Below, one piece after another: positions 1 through 9,394 of a stretch of 64,000 nt of DNA (position 1 is its first letter; every line of letters begins with the position of its first letter). The translations under genes and the position numbers were made by a program. The stretch covers positions 1 through 64,000 of IMG/VR virus record IMGVR_UViG_3300025450_000015. One strand, given 5' to 3'. A model generated the notes under the pieces. The model was not told the origin of the DNA, made no database searches, and saw only the letters and a list, made by a program, of their open reading frames with translations. Source of the stretch: a virus.

Positions 1-31
1 GAAGATGTTGAAAAATTCAAAGAGGAACGAG

Positions 32-262
32 ATGCAGAACGCCAAACAAATAACTGATGAATTAATTCACCGTATGAAAACTACAGACCTAAATAAGTTT
101 GAGATCAAACGTGAAGTCGGTGACAATTGGATTCCTAATGGAACTGTTCCTTTTGATATTAGTGCTAGTAAAGGTATCGCTACATTTACAGTATGGGCAG
201 AAAGTATACAAGATGCAGAAGATCAAGTAAGTCAATATTTAGAGAAAGATGAAGATGAGTAA
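32..262 (+). CDS. small hypothetical protein
   Basis: ATG at 32 preceded by GAGGAA; overlaps the next gene's start; no recognisable motif. Confidence 0.6.
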   Translation: MQNAKQITDELIHRMKTTDLNKFEIKREVGDNWIPNGTVPFDISASKGIATFTVWAESIQDAEDQVSQYLEKDEDE

Positions 263-1100
263 AATTAAAATTGCAGAATTATTTTATAGTGTACAGGGCG
301 AGGGTAGATATATGGGAGTACCTAGCGTGTTCCTTAGAACTTTTGGCTGCAATTTTTCTTGTAAGGGCTTCGGTATGCCACGTGGTGAGTTAAGTACGGA
401 AGCAGAAGATATTTCAGAAGTAGTACATTTATATAACAAGTATGAAGAACTTCCGTTAGTTTCTACTGGTTGCGATAGTTATGCTAGCTGGCATCCTAGT
501 TTTAAAGATCTAAGTCCAATGCTTACTAGTGAAGCTATCACAGATCGTATTATGGAAATTATTCCACATGGTGAATGGCACGACGAGCATTTAGTTATTA
601 CAGGCGGTGAACCTTTACTAGGTTGGCAACGTGCTTATCCAGACTTATTGAACAATCCTAAAATGAAGGCATTAAAAGAGATCACGTTTGAAACAAACGG
701 TACTCAGAAACTTACGCCAGAGTTTAAAGGATACTTGACTAAATGGAATAGTGAAGTAGGTAAAGAACTTACATTCAGTGTAAGTGCTAAACTTCCGGCT
801 AGTGGTGAAAAGTGGGAGGAAGCTATTCTCCCAGAAGTTGTTTGTGAATATGAACAAGTTGGAACAACGTATTTGAAATTTGTAGTAGCAACAGAAGAGG
901 ATGTTAAAGATGCAGAACGAGCAGTTAAACAATTTAGAGAAGCGGGTTTTAAAGGTCACGTATATCTTATGCCTGTCGGTGGTGTTGAGTCTGTTTATAA
1001 TCTCAATGCTAAAGCCATTGCCCTTGCCGCAATGAAGCGTGGCTGGCGTTATAGCGATAGATTGCAAGTTCCATTATTTAAAAACGAATGGGGTACCTAA
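249..1100 (+). CDS. queE: QueE-like radical SAM enzyme (7-carboxy-7-deazaguanine synthase / NrdG-like family)
   Basis: ELFYSVQGEG, VFLRTFGCNFSC...GCDS, VITGGEPLL, FETNGT, SVSAKL, LKFVV, YLMP, RYSDRLQ: the QueE motif series. Confidence 0.85.
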   Translation: MKMSKIKIAELFYSVQGEGRYMGVPSVFLRTFGCNFSCKGFGMPRGELSTEAEDISEVVHLYNKYEELPLVSTGCDSYASWHPSFKDLSPMLTSEAITDRIMEIIPHGEWHDEHLVITGGEPLLGWQRAYPDLLNNPKMKALKEITFETNGTQKLTPEFKGYLTKWNSEVGKELTFSVSAKLPASGEKWEEAILPEVVCEYEQVGTTYLKFVVATEEDVKDAERAVKQFREAGFKGHVYLMPVGGVESVYNLNAKAIALAAMKRGWRYSDRLQVPLFKNEWGT

Positions 1101-1240
1101 TGTTAGAGATGATTGTTGCATTACTTTTAGTAGCAGTTTTAATAGGAGTGATTATGATTAATACTCCTAAAAATAATACGGCATGTACTGGTAATTGCCG
1201 ACAAGGTAGACTTTGTGATTGTAAGGATAAAAATGATTAA
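1100..1240 (+). CDS. 46-aa membrane peptide with Cys-rich C-terminus (not in ORF track)
   Basis: ATG overlaps queE stop (TAATG); translation MLEMIVALLLVAVLIGVIMINTPKNNTACTGNCRQGRLCDCKDKND; fills the gap exactly and overlaps the next ATG. Confidence 0.6.
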   Translation: MLEMIVALLLVAVLIGVIMINTPKNNTACTGNCRQGRLCDCKDKND

Positions 1241-1661
1241 ACTATTAAAAAAATGGATGGGAATTGATAAGTTAGAAGCAAACTTAGAAAATCTTAAAAA
1301 ACAAGAAGCCGATGCTATTGCATCAACAGCTACAGCTCAACAAGCTGAACAAAAAGCAAAGATGACTCCAAAAGAACGTGCCACTGCCAAAGGTGAGCCG
1401 TGGGTAGCTGTTTTGGACACCCATGTTAATAAAGATAATATTAGAAATGGATTCTTTGAGCTTGACTGGAACCCAGAATTTATTGTACAATTAAAGCAAG
1501 AGGGCTACGGATTTGAAGGTGATCCAGAAGAGGAAATTGTGGATCGTTGGTTCCGAGATTTGGCAAGAAACATGTTAGCCGAAGAAGGACAAGACACAAG
1601 TCGTGGCATGGGTTATATTAACGTAAGTAAATTGCCTAATGGCAGAGCACAAATAGAATGA
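1233..1661 (+). CDS. conserved-looking phage hypothetical protein
   Basis: AAGGA upstream of ATG 1233; coupled to next gene (ATGA); GFFELDWNxxF motif. Confidence 0.7.
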   Translation: MIKLLKKWMGIDKLEANLENLKKQEADAIASTATAQQAEQKAKMTPKERATAKGEPWVAVLDTHVNKDNIRNGFFELDWNPEFIVQLKQEGYGFEGDPEEEIVDRWFRDLARNMLAEEGQDTSRGMGYINVSKLPNGRAQIE

Positions 1662-2653
1662 CATACATTATAGTAGATACTGCTAACACTTTCTTTCGTG
1701 CTAGACACGTTGTTCAAGGCAGTGCCGATATCAAACTTGGCATGGCCTTTCATATTACACTCAACAGTATCAAAAAAGCATGGCAAGATTTTAACGGTAG
1801 TCATATTGTTTTCTGCCTCGAAGGTCGCTCGTGGCGTAAGGACTACTACAAGCCTTACAAAGCAAATAGGCAAGAAACTCGTGCGGCTATGACGCAGAAA
1901 GAACAAGATGAAGACAAGTTATTCTGGGAAGCATTTGACGAGTTTAAAAATTTCATTACAGAAAAGACCAATGCTACTGTAATGCAACATCCTAATCTAG
2001 AAGCTGACGATTTAATTGCTGGTTGGATACAGGCGCATCCAGATGCAAAACACGTTATTGTTTCAACAGATGGAGATTTTGCACAACTTATCGGTCCTAA
2101 TGTAAGTCAGTACAACGGTGTAGGTGATTTACATATTACACACGAAGGAACATTCGATGCCAAAGGTAAACCCGTTAAAGACAAAAAGACAGGCGAGCCT
2201 AAACCAGCACAAGACCCAGAGTGGATGCTGTTCGAAAAATGCATGCGTGGTGATACCAGTGATAATGTCTTCTCGGCGTATCCAGGTGTGCGTACTAAAG
2301 GTTCTAAAAACAAAGTTGGTCTTACTGAAGCGTTCGAAGACCGTAAAAGCAAAGGATTTGCGTGGAACAATCTCATGCTTCAGAGATGGGTTGACCACAA
2401 TGGAGTCGAACACAGAGTTTTAGAAGATTATCATCGTAATGTTCAATTATGCGATCTTACAGCACAACCAGAAGATATTAAAGTTAAAATTAGAGAAACT
2501 ATCGAAGCTAATGCAAAACCTAAAACAGTAGATCAGGTTGGTATCCGTATGCTAAAATTCTGCAATGCATGGGATATGAAGAAAATTGCAGACAACATTC
2601 AGCAGTATGCAGAACCGTTCCAAGCAAAGTATCCAGAAAAGGAAACAGTATAA
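1658..2653 (+). CDS. rnh: T4 RNase H-like 5'-3' exonuclease (FEN/PIN-like fold)
   Basis: IIVDxxN, SWRKDYYKPYKANR, LEADDLIA, IVSTDGDFAQL, RGDTSDNV acidic motifs. Confidence 0.88.
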   Translation: MTYIIVDTANTFFRARHVVQGSADIKLGMAFHITLNSIKKAWQDFNGSHIVFCLEGRSWRKDYYKPYKANRQETRAAMTQKEQDEDKLFWEAFDEFKNFITEKTNATVMQHPNLEADDLIAGWIQAHPDAKHVIVSTDGDFAQLIGPNVSQYNGVGDLHITHEGTFDAKGKPVKDKKTGEPKPAQDPEWMLFEKCMRGDTSDNVFSAYPGVRTKGSKNKVGLTEAFEDRKSKGFAWNNLMLQRWVDHNGVEHRVLEDYHRNVQLCDLTAQPEDIKVKIRETIEANAKPKTVDQVGIRMLKFCNAWDMKKIADNIQQYAEPFQAKYPEKETV

Positions 2654-3570
2654 TGGCAACTAGAGAAGAAAAACAAGAATTGATGGAAATTCTTAAATTT
2701 ACACCACGTACTTATAAAATCTCAATGTGGGGTTACGGTGGTGAAAAAGTCATGGGTACCGTAGATCGAAAGATTTATGATTACTTTAAACAACGTAGGC
2801 TTGATCTAAGCGACTATTGCTGGAACAGTGACTATGCAGAAGATCATAACATTCCTGAAGACATGCAACCTTTTCCTTCTGGTAGCTGGTACGAAGGCGA
2901 CGGCATGGGTCATGCAGGTGGAGTAAGTCGTAGTGCTGGCACACTACAGATTGAAGACGAAAACGGTAATACTGTCTTTGAACGCAGTTTAGAAGATATG
3001 GACGGCGGCAGCGATGACAGTGTAGAATGGGAATGTAACGATGAAGTCTGGATTGGTAGTCAACCTGACGGTACTGTGGTATTCCTTGGTAACTCAAATG
3101 AAAAAGGTACATTCTTTGAAGCAGACTTAGAATTAAAAATGCCTTTTGATATTACTAAATTAACACTAGGCTACGATGAAATTGACGGTGAAGAAATTGT
3201 TAATGCTGTAAAATACGATGGCGAGGATATTGACAACTGGGGCGGCAGTACTGATGGCAAAAGTAGTGACTTTGGTTTCTATATTGCCGGCAGTAAAGAT
3301 GCTACGGGCAAGTGGGAAAAGTACACCAACATGGATGATATTGAATATCCCATGACCGAATGGTTCCCTAAAAAGAGCAAACCTGTCCGTGTAGGCAATT
3401 ACATGATTAAAACCGCAGGTAAAAAGTCCTGGACTCATCGAGGGCTTTGGACTGGTACAAAATGGGTAAGCTCATGGACCGAAGAATCAGAATTTGACAC
3501 AGCAGAAGAAATCAAAATTAAAGAATGGCAAGGACTTGCCATTGATCCAGATGCAGAGGCATCGGTATAA
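2653..3570 (+). CDS. acidic Trp/Gly-rich hypothetical protein
   Basis: long ORF coupled to both neighbours via TAATG. Confidence 0.7.
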   Translation: MATREEKQELMEILKFTPRTYKISMWGYGGEKVMGTVDRKIYDYFKQRRLDLSDYCWNSDYAEDHNIPEDMQPFPSGSWYEGDGMGHAGGVSRSAGTLQIEDENGNTVFERSLEDMDGGSDDSVEWECNDEVWIGSQPDGTVVFLGNSNEKGTFFEADLELKMPFDITKLTLGYDEIDGEEIVNAVKYDGEDIDNWGGSTDGKSSDFGFYIAGSKDATGKWEKYTNMDDIEYPMTEWFPKKSKPVRVGNYMIKTAGKKSWTHRGLWTGTKWVSSWTEESEFDTAEEIKIKEWQGLAIDPDAEASV

Positions 3571-4307
3571 TGTTATTTTTCTTTAAACCATCTGTTATTA
3601 CTGTAGATTGTTTCTGTAATGATGAAATTATTTTTAGTAATTTCAAACCTGACAGGGCAAATAAATTTGTCCCTGAATATTGGAAATCTTTACCAGCTTA
3701 TTTAGAACAATCTGTAAGAGGTAATAATTCCGATAGTCAGTTAAAAATACAAGTAGGAACATTGAAAAAATGTAACGGCTTTACTGACTTGTTTAGTAAC
3801 GGATTTATTATTCCTAGTTGGGGTGATTTTCAAATAGAAGTATTAAAAGATGGTAAGTTTATAGTTGCAGGGCATCAAACTACAGAACCAAATGTTAGAG
3901 TATCCAACCATAGTAAGCTACAATATGGATACGAACTTTATAAAAACTCAGGACATGTTAAAATAGAAAGTCCTTGGTTTTTAAAAGAAAAGACAGGTGT
4001 TAAATTTGTTTGGAATGGGTGCAGTTGGCATAATACAGATAATTTAGAAAATTTCTATGTTCTGTCAGCAATCGTAGACTACAAATATCAGGCAGGAACT
4101 AATATCAATGCATTCCAGCGTAAGAATACTATAGTAAAATTCAATGCCGGCGATCCGTTGGTACATGTTATTCCTATGAGTGAAAAGAAACTTAAAATGA
4201 AACATCATCTAGTTAGTAGAGATGAATATGAAAAAATGTTGACTAAAGAACAGTCAACCGTACATTATCACAATGCAAGAGAATTAAGAGCTAAATGTCC
4301 AATCTAA
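3570..4307 (+). CDS. hypothetical protein (beta-rich, possibly dUTPase-like/beta-clip fold)
   Basis: KKCxGFTDL..GFIIPSWGD, KIESPWF, GDPLVHVIPM pattern; fold is inference. Confidence 0.55.
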   Translation: MLFFFKPSVITVDCFCNDEIIFSNFKPDRANKFVPEYWKSLPAYLEQSVRGNNSDSQLKIQVGTLKKCNGFTDLFSNGFIIPSWGDFQIEVLKDGKFIVAGHQTTEPNVRVSNHSKLQYGYELYKNSGHVKIESPWFLKEKTGVKFVWNGCSWHNTDNLENFYVLSAIVDYKYQAGTNINAFQRKNTIVKFNAGDPLVHVIPMSEKKLKMKHHLVSRDEYEKMLTKEQSTVHYHNARELRAKCPI

Positions 4308-4315
4308 GGAAAAAT

Positions 4316-4798
4316 ATGATGACAGAGATACACGCAAAACCAATTGTAGATGGAAAATTTTGGATCGTTGAACAAGACGGAACTAAAATTGCTACACTAC
4401 ATAAAAAAGAAAACAATAAATTTGTCTTGAGTAGTACTAAAGGCGAAGTGATGTTTAATAAAAAAGATGATTTGACTAAACAATTCGGTACTGAGTTCTT
4501 CTTGTCTAGTACCAAAGTTAAAGTTACAGCATCAGACGTACACGAGTGTCATGGTTATCCTACTAGTGTTAAACCTTACAATGCCATGTACGATATAAGA
4601 CATAAACTACCATTATTCACTAAAAGCAATGCTAGTAAAAGTTTGTATTGTGCAGGTTATTACACAATTCAATTTAACAAAGGTTGGGTCAAATCATTTT
4701 GTCCTAAACTAATTACATTAGAACGTAATCCTTATAAAGGTCCGTTTAAAACTGAATTTGAAATGAAACAGGTGCTTGCTAATGCAAAATCAGATTAA
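4316..4798 (+). CDS. hypothetical protein
   Basis: AAGGA RBS before ATG 4316. Confidence 0.7.
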   Translation: MMTEIHAKPIVDGKFWIVEQDGTKIATLHKKENNKFVLSSTKGEVMFNKKDDLTKQFGTEFFLSSTKVKVTASDVHECHGYPTSVKPYNAMYDIRHKLPLFTKSNASKSLYCAGYYTIQFNKGWVKSFCPKLITLERNPYKGPFKTEFEMKQVLANAKSD

Positions 4799-5027
4799 TT
4801 TAACTCCCATTACACAATTTATTCAGGTACTCCGTAGTGCAGAACTTGCTCAACAAAAAGAAATAAAAATACCTATTCAAACTGCCAGGTTGCTAAGTTT
4901 GGCACTTAATGAAATACAAGATAAGTTACTGCAAGATTACGAAAGTATGTATAATACGCTTAAACGTAGTCAAGAAACCGAAATTGTACAAGTTCAACTA
5001 GATGGTGGTGGGTTCGAAGACAAATAA
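4782..5027 (+). CDS. hypothetical protein
   Basis: short helical ORF overlapping previous gene end. Confidence 0.6.
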   Translation: MQNQINLTPITQFIQVLRSAELAQQKEIKIPIQTARLLSLALNEIQDKLLQDYESMYNTLKRSQETEIVQVQLDGGGFEDK

Positions 5028-5028
5028 G

Positions 5029-5036
5029 TATAAATA
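5029..5036 (+). promoter_or_regulatory. T4-type late promoter TATAAATA
   Basis: exact T4 late consensus in the intergenic gap upstream of ATG 5063; gp55 is encoded in this window. Confidence 0.6.
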
Positions 5037-5062
5037 TACGTAGTTAATTGGATACGTATATT

Positions 5063-5347
5063 ATGTCAAGACCTAAACCACGAATACTGTTAGATTACAC
5101 TAACAAAAAAACTTATAAGACAGAGCAGGTTTTAGAAGCTGACGCCATTTGGGCTGTATTCTATAAAAACGAGCCTTTCAATTTGAAAAGTTTTAATAGC
5201 CTTACAAGTTATCCAGGACCAAAATATAAAAAAGTTTCATTCAGTAATCCTGGACATGCACGTAACTTGGCAAAAAAACTAAACGCAATTTTTGGTGTCG
5301 ATGATTTCGAAGTTGTCAAGCTAACACAAGGTACTGTTGTAAAATGA
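5063..5347 (+). CDS. small basic hypothetical protein
   Basis: MSRPKP...YPGPKYKKVSFSNPGHA; coupled to next gene. Confidence 0.7.
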   Translation: MSRPKPRILLDYTNKKTYKTEQVLEADAIWAVFYKNEPFNLKSFNSLTSYPGPKYKKVSFSNPGHARNLAKKLNAIFGVDDFEVVKLTQGTVVK

Positions 5348-5751
5348 TAACAAGAGATGCCCTTACAAAGATTTTTTTACAGCAATGGGGCAAAAGTACA
5401 GACGATGTAAATTTTAAAATTTATAGTCGTAAATGGTGGCAAAGTAATCGAGCCGGTAAACAAACTGCATTTCGACTAACCGACGAAGGTTATGAGTTTT
5501 TGATAAAAGAATTGGAATTGAAAGACTACGAAATTCCATTTACCGAACCAATTGAACTTAGTCCTCAAACTATTGTATTTTTGGAAAGGTATGTAGACTG
5601 TCCTTACTACCTTACCAATATGTCAATTACAGTATTTTCCGAACGCAAAAGTTTTGAACTGTATTTGTTCTCAGATGACATACGCAAATTTGGACTAATT
5701 AAGGCTATGAATGAGCGTGAAAAAGAACTAGCAACGCCTAAAGACAGTTGA
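5344..5751 (+). CDS. hypothetical protein (possible winged-helix element, RLTDEGYEFL)
   Basis: ORF with ATGA coupling; wHTH is a weak inference. Confidence 0.6.
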   Translation: MITRDALTKIFLQQWGKSTDDVNFKIYSRKWWQSNRAGKQTAFRLTDEGYEFLIKELELKDYEIPFTEPIELSPQTIVFLERYVDCPYYLTNMSITVFSERKSFELYLFSDDIRKFGLIKAMNEREKELATPKDS

Positions 5752-5776
5752 CACATCCTGCTTCCTAACGTATAAT
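5748..5776 (+). promoter_or_regulatory. consensus sigma70 (early) promoter
   Basis: TTGACA 5748-5753, 17-nt spacer, TATAAT 5771-5776. Confidence 0.85.
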
Positions 5777-5831
5777 ACATACATACAGCGTTAATTCAAC
5801 AACACTTTTTTTAATTAAGATAGGAAGCAAA

Positions 5832-6920
5832 ATGGCAGAAATCGTCAGTCGCACAGTGGGCCCAAGCGGTGCCAAAAAATCTTTGCGTAAAGCATTTAAA
5901 AATCAGCGTCCACTGTTCCTTTGGGGTCCCCCAGGCATTGGTAAGTCTGACATTATTAAACAACTTGGCACTGAGCTAGATGCTCACGTGATCGATGTTC
6001 GTTTAAGTCTTTGGGAACCTACTGATATTAAAGGTATTCCATATTTTGATTCTAACGATGGCACAATGCGTTGGGCTCCGCCAAGTGAGTTGCCAAGCAA
6101 GACATTTGCCGCAAATCATAAACAAATTATCCTATTCTTGGATGAAATGAACTCTGCGGCACCTAGTGTACAGGCCGCGGCTTATCAACTAATTTTGAAT
6201 CGTCGTGTTGGCGCATACGAATTGCCAGACAATGTTGTAATTGTTGCGGCTGGTAACCGTGAAACTGATAAGGGTGTTACATTCCGTATGCCTGCTCCGT
6301 TGGCAAACCGGTTTGTTCACTTGGAAATGCAAGTTGATTGGGCTGACTGGTTCGACTGGGCTGTGGACAATAAGATTCACAAAGACGTAGTTGGTTATTT
6401 GACCTTTGCTAAAAAGGACTTGTACGATTTTGATCCAAAAAGCTCAAGCCGTGCATTTGCTACTCCACGTAGCTGGTCTTTTGTAAGCGAATTACTTACA
6501 GATGATGACACGGATGTGGATACACTTACCGATTTAACTTGTGGTTCAATCGGTGAAGGATTGGCTATTAAGTTTATGGCTCACCGTAAACATGCATCTA
6601 AAATGCCTAATCCAACCGAAATCTTAAATGGTAAGGTTAAAAAGATGGAATCCAAAGAAATTTCAGCTATGTACTCTTTGACTGTGTCACTGTGCTACGA
6701 ATTGAAAGATGCTTGCGATAAAAAAGCTAAAACTTGGAATGACATGACTAATAACTTCTTCGAATTTATGATGAATAATTTCGAAACAGAATTGGTTATT
6801 ATGGGTACTAAGTTGGCATTGTCGACTTACAAGTTGCCTTTGGACCCAGATGAGATCAAATGCTTTGACGATTTCCATGCCAAATACGGCAAATACATTA
6901 GCCAAGCTACTGAAAAGTAA
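5832..6920 (+). CDS. MoxR-family AAA+ ATPase
   Basis: Walker A GPPGIGKS, Walker B ILFLDEMN, AAGN sensor, PLANRF Arg finger, TPRSW. Confidence 0.9.
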   Translation: MAEIVSRTVGPSGAKKSLRKAFKNQRPLFLWGPPGIGKSDIIKQLGTELDAHVIDVRLSLWEPTDIKGIPYFDSNDGTMRWAPPSELPSKTFAANHKQIILFLDEMNSAAPSVQAAAYQLILNRRVGAYELPDNVVIVAAGNRETDKGVTFRMPAPLANRFVHLEMQVDWADWFDWAVDNKIHKDVVGYLTFAKKDLYDFDPKSSSRAFATPRSWSFVSELLTDDDTDVDTLTDLTCGSIGEGLAIKFMAHRKHASKMPNPTEILNGKVKKMESKEISAMYSLTVSLCYELKDACDKKAKTWNDMTNNFFEFMMNNFETELVIMGTKLALSTYKLPLDPDEIKCFDDFHAKYGKYISQATEK

Positions 6921-6936
6921 TTAAATTTGGTACTAT

Positions 6937-6965
6937 TTGACAGGACCTTCGGGTCCTGTTATAAT
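6937..6965 (+). promoter_or_regulatory. consensus sigma70 promoter whose spacer is a UUCG hairpin
   Basis: TTGACA 6937-6942, 17 nt, TATAAT 6960-6965; ACAGGACC-TTCG-GGTCCTGT at 6940-6959. Confidence 0.8.
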
Positions 6966-6990
6966 ATATACATACAGTAAAGGAGCATTC

Positions 6991-8175
6991 ATGTCACATA
7001 CAGATCCAATTATCGACAAAATTATCGTAGCCCGTGTGGGTCTACTACTTCGCCATCCATTCTTTGGTAATTTGGCTACTCGTTTACAAATCAAAGAAGG
7101 CACAGATTGGTTACCGACAGCCGCTACAGACGGACGTCATATCTATTTTAATCGCGATTTCTTTAGTAATTTGTCTATTAAACAAGTAGAATTTGTTATT
7201 GCACACGAAATCTTGCACAATGTATTTGATCATATGGGACGTCGAGAAGGACGTGATCCACAAATTTTTAACATTGCCGCTGACTATTGTGTTAACGGAC
7301 AAATTGTGCGTGATCGCATCGGAGAGCACAACATCGATGGCATCAAAATCTTTCATGATCCAAAATACTATGGCTGGGGTGCAGAACAGGTTTACGATGA
7401 GATTTACGAAAAGTACAGTGAAGAACAACTTAAACAGTTGGGTCAATTATTGGACGAACATATTGACTGGGGTGAGAACGGTAAAGACGGTCAGCCAAAG
7501 TATAGTAAAGAAGAACTAAAACAGATTCGTGACGAAATGCGTGAAGCTACAATGCAGGCCGCACAGGCCGCAGGTGCAGGTAATGTTCCTGAAAGTGTAG
7601 CACGTATGATTAAAGATTTTACAGAACCTAAGATGAATTGGCGTGAAATTTTGCGTCAACAAATCCAAAGTGTTATTAAGAATGACTTTAGTTTTATGCG
7701 TCCTAATCGTAAAGGTTGGCATATGAATGCTATCCTACCAGGTCAACAATTCCAAGAAACTATCGATATCTGTGTAGCAATTGACATGTCAGGCTCAATC
7801 GGTGACGAGCAGGCCAAAGACTTCTTGTCAGAGATTAAGGGTATTATGCAAGAGTATAAAGACTTTAAGATTAAAGTATGGTGCTTTGACACTCGAGTGT
7901 ATAATGAGGCAGACTTTGACGGTTACAACATTGACGAGTTTGATGAATATGAACCAATGGGCGGTGGCGGAACTGAGTTCGATGCCAACTGGGAATACAT
8001 GAAGGAACATGACATTCAACCTAAAAAGTTTATCATGTTTACAGACGGTTATCCTTGGGGTAGCTGGGGCGATGAAAACTACTGTGATACAGTATTCATT
8101 ATTCACGGCAATGACAAGATTGTTCCTCCATTTGGAGAACATGCTTATTACGATTTTGCAAAGGCAACAGCATAA
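6991..8175 (+). CDS. HExxH metallopeptidase-like plus vWA domain protein (DUF2201-type), MoxR partner
   Basis: TAATDG, AHEILH, NIAADYCVN; MIDAS DMSGS, GGGGT, FTDGY; AAGGAG RBS. Confidence 0.88.
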   Translation: MSHTDPIIDKIIVARVGLLLRHPFFGNLATRLQIKEGTDWLPTAATDGRHIYFNRDFFSNLSIKQVEFVIAHEILHNVFDHMGRREGRDPQIFNIAADYCVNGQIVRDRIGEHNIDGIKIFHDPKYYGWGAEQVYDEIYEKYSEEQLKQLGQLLDEHIDWGENGKDGQPKYSKEELKQIRDEMREATMQAAQAAGAGNVPESVARMIKDFTEPKMNWREILRQQIQSVIKNDFSFMRPNRKGWHMNAILPGQQFQETIDICVAIDMSGSIGDEQAKDFLSEIKGIMQEYKDFKIKVWCFDTRVYNEADFDGYNIDEFDEYEPMGGGGTEFDANWEYMKEHDIQPKKFIMFTDGYPWGSWGDENYCDTVFIIHGNDKIVPPFGEHAYYDFAKATA

Positions 8176-8453
8176 TGGCATTAAAATCAGGCAAACCTAA
8201 TCCTTTAAATTATTTCAATTTACGCAGGGTTGAGTTTGCCTGCCCGCATTTTAAATACACTACTATAAGCAAATTTAATCCAAGTCTAGCTAAAAGCCTA
8301 GATAGTTGGATTAGGCAAAATCTTAACAATAGATATTACATAGGACAGGGTTTAGAACTAGATAATACCAATACTATAGTATACAATACTACTATTGGAT
8401 TTGAGTCAGAAAAAGAACTAAGTTTTTTCACAATTGCCTGTCCATATCTTTAA
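8175..8453 (+). CDS. hypothetical protein
   Basis: TAATG coupling. Confidence 0.65.
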   Translation: MALKSGKPNPLNYFNLRRVEFACPHFKYTTISKFNPSLAKSLDSWIRQNLNNRYYIGQGLELDNTNTIVYNTTIGFESEKELSFFTIACPYL

Positions 8454-8490
8454 AGAAGATAATTAAGTATGTACTTTAAAGGAGATACTA

Positions 8491-8751
8491 ATGACAGATA
8501 CAGTACAACAACCACAACAAGAAAGCACAGATCTTACCATTAACGATTTGAACGCATTAAAGACAATCATCGATATTGCTAGCTCACGTGGTGCATTTAA
8601 ACCAAATGAAATGGTAGCAGTTGGTCAAACTTATACTAAATTAGATACGTTCTTGGCAACAGTTGCTAAACAACAACAAGCCGCCCAAGCTCAACAACCA
8701 GCTCAAACCCCAGCCGATCAAGCAGTTGCTAATACGGTAGCAGGAGTCTAA
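8491..8751 (+). CDS. hypothetical protein (Gln/Ala-rich tail)
   Basis: AAGGAG RBS; IIDIASSRGAFK core. Confidence 0.7.
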   Translation: MTDTVQQPQQESTDLTINDLNALKTIIDIASSRGAFKPNEMVAVGQTYTKLDTFLATVAKQQQAAQAQQPAQTPADQAVANTVAGV

Positions 8752-8752
8752 T

Positions 8753-9394
8753 ATGGCCGAACTCAAACACGTAGGCCGTGTTAAAGCCACTAACAAAAAA
8801 TGTTTAGTGGCTTATCGCACGTTACCTGGCGATGCATACTATTGTCTAGTTATTCCGACAGAAAATTTACCAGACATCTATCACGATGCTTTGATCAATT
8901 TAGTCGAGAGTACATCTGGACAAGATGCATACGAATTTGCAGAAGCATTGGATCGTACACAATTTCCAGACGGCAGTAACATGCTACGTAACTTACATGC
9001 AAGTGGAAGATTGATCAAAGTTGGAACAAGTGATATTGAAATGACTCCTACTACAGGATTTTCAATTCAATTATCTGAACTTAATCAACTTATTGCCGAA
9101 CAGCGTGGTCTATCAGTTGACGACTTATCTTTAAAATCTAGCACAGATCCAAAAGATAATGCAGTTCCAAAAGTTACAGATGAACAATTAGTTAAAAACG
9201 ACAAAGCCGTTGAAACTAAAAAAGCAGATGCTAAACCAACTGCTACAGTAACTACAACTCCGAAAGCAGATGCTAGTCCAGAAGAACAAGCAAAATTCTT
9301 CCGTAGTCAAGCAGACAAGTTAGCTAAAGAAGCTGCCGAGATGCGTCGCAAAGCAGAGGAATTGGTTCCGACCAAGAAAAAAATAGTTAAATGA
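8753..9394 (+). CDS. hypothetical protein
   Basis: AGGAG RBS; long ORF. Confidence 0.7.
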   Translation: MAELKHVGRVKATNKKCLVAYRTLPGDAYYCLVIPTENLPDIYHDALINLVESTSGQDAYEFAEALDRTQFPDGSNMLRNLHASGRLIKVGTSDIEMTPTTGFSIQLSELNQLIAEQRGLSVDDLSLKSSTDPKDNAVPKVTDEQLVKNDKAVETKKADAKPTATVTTTPKADASPEEQAKFFRSQADKLAKEAAEMRRKAEELVPTKKKIVK

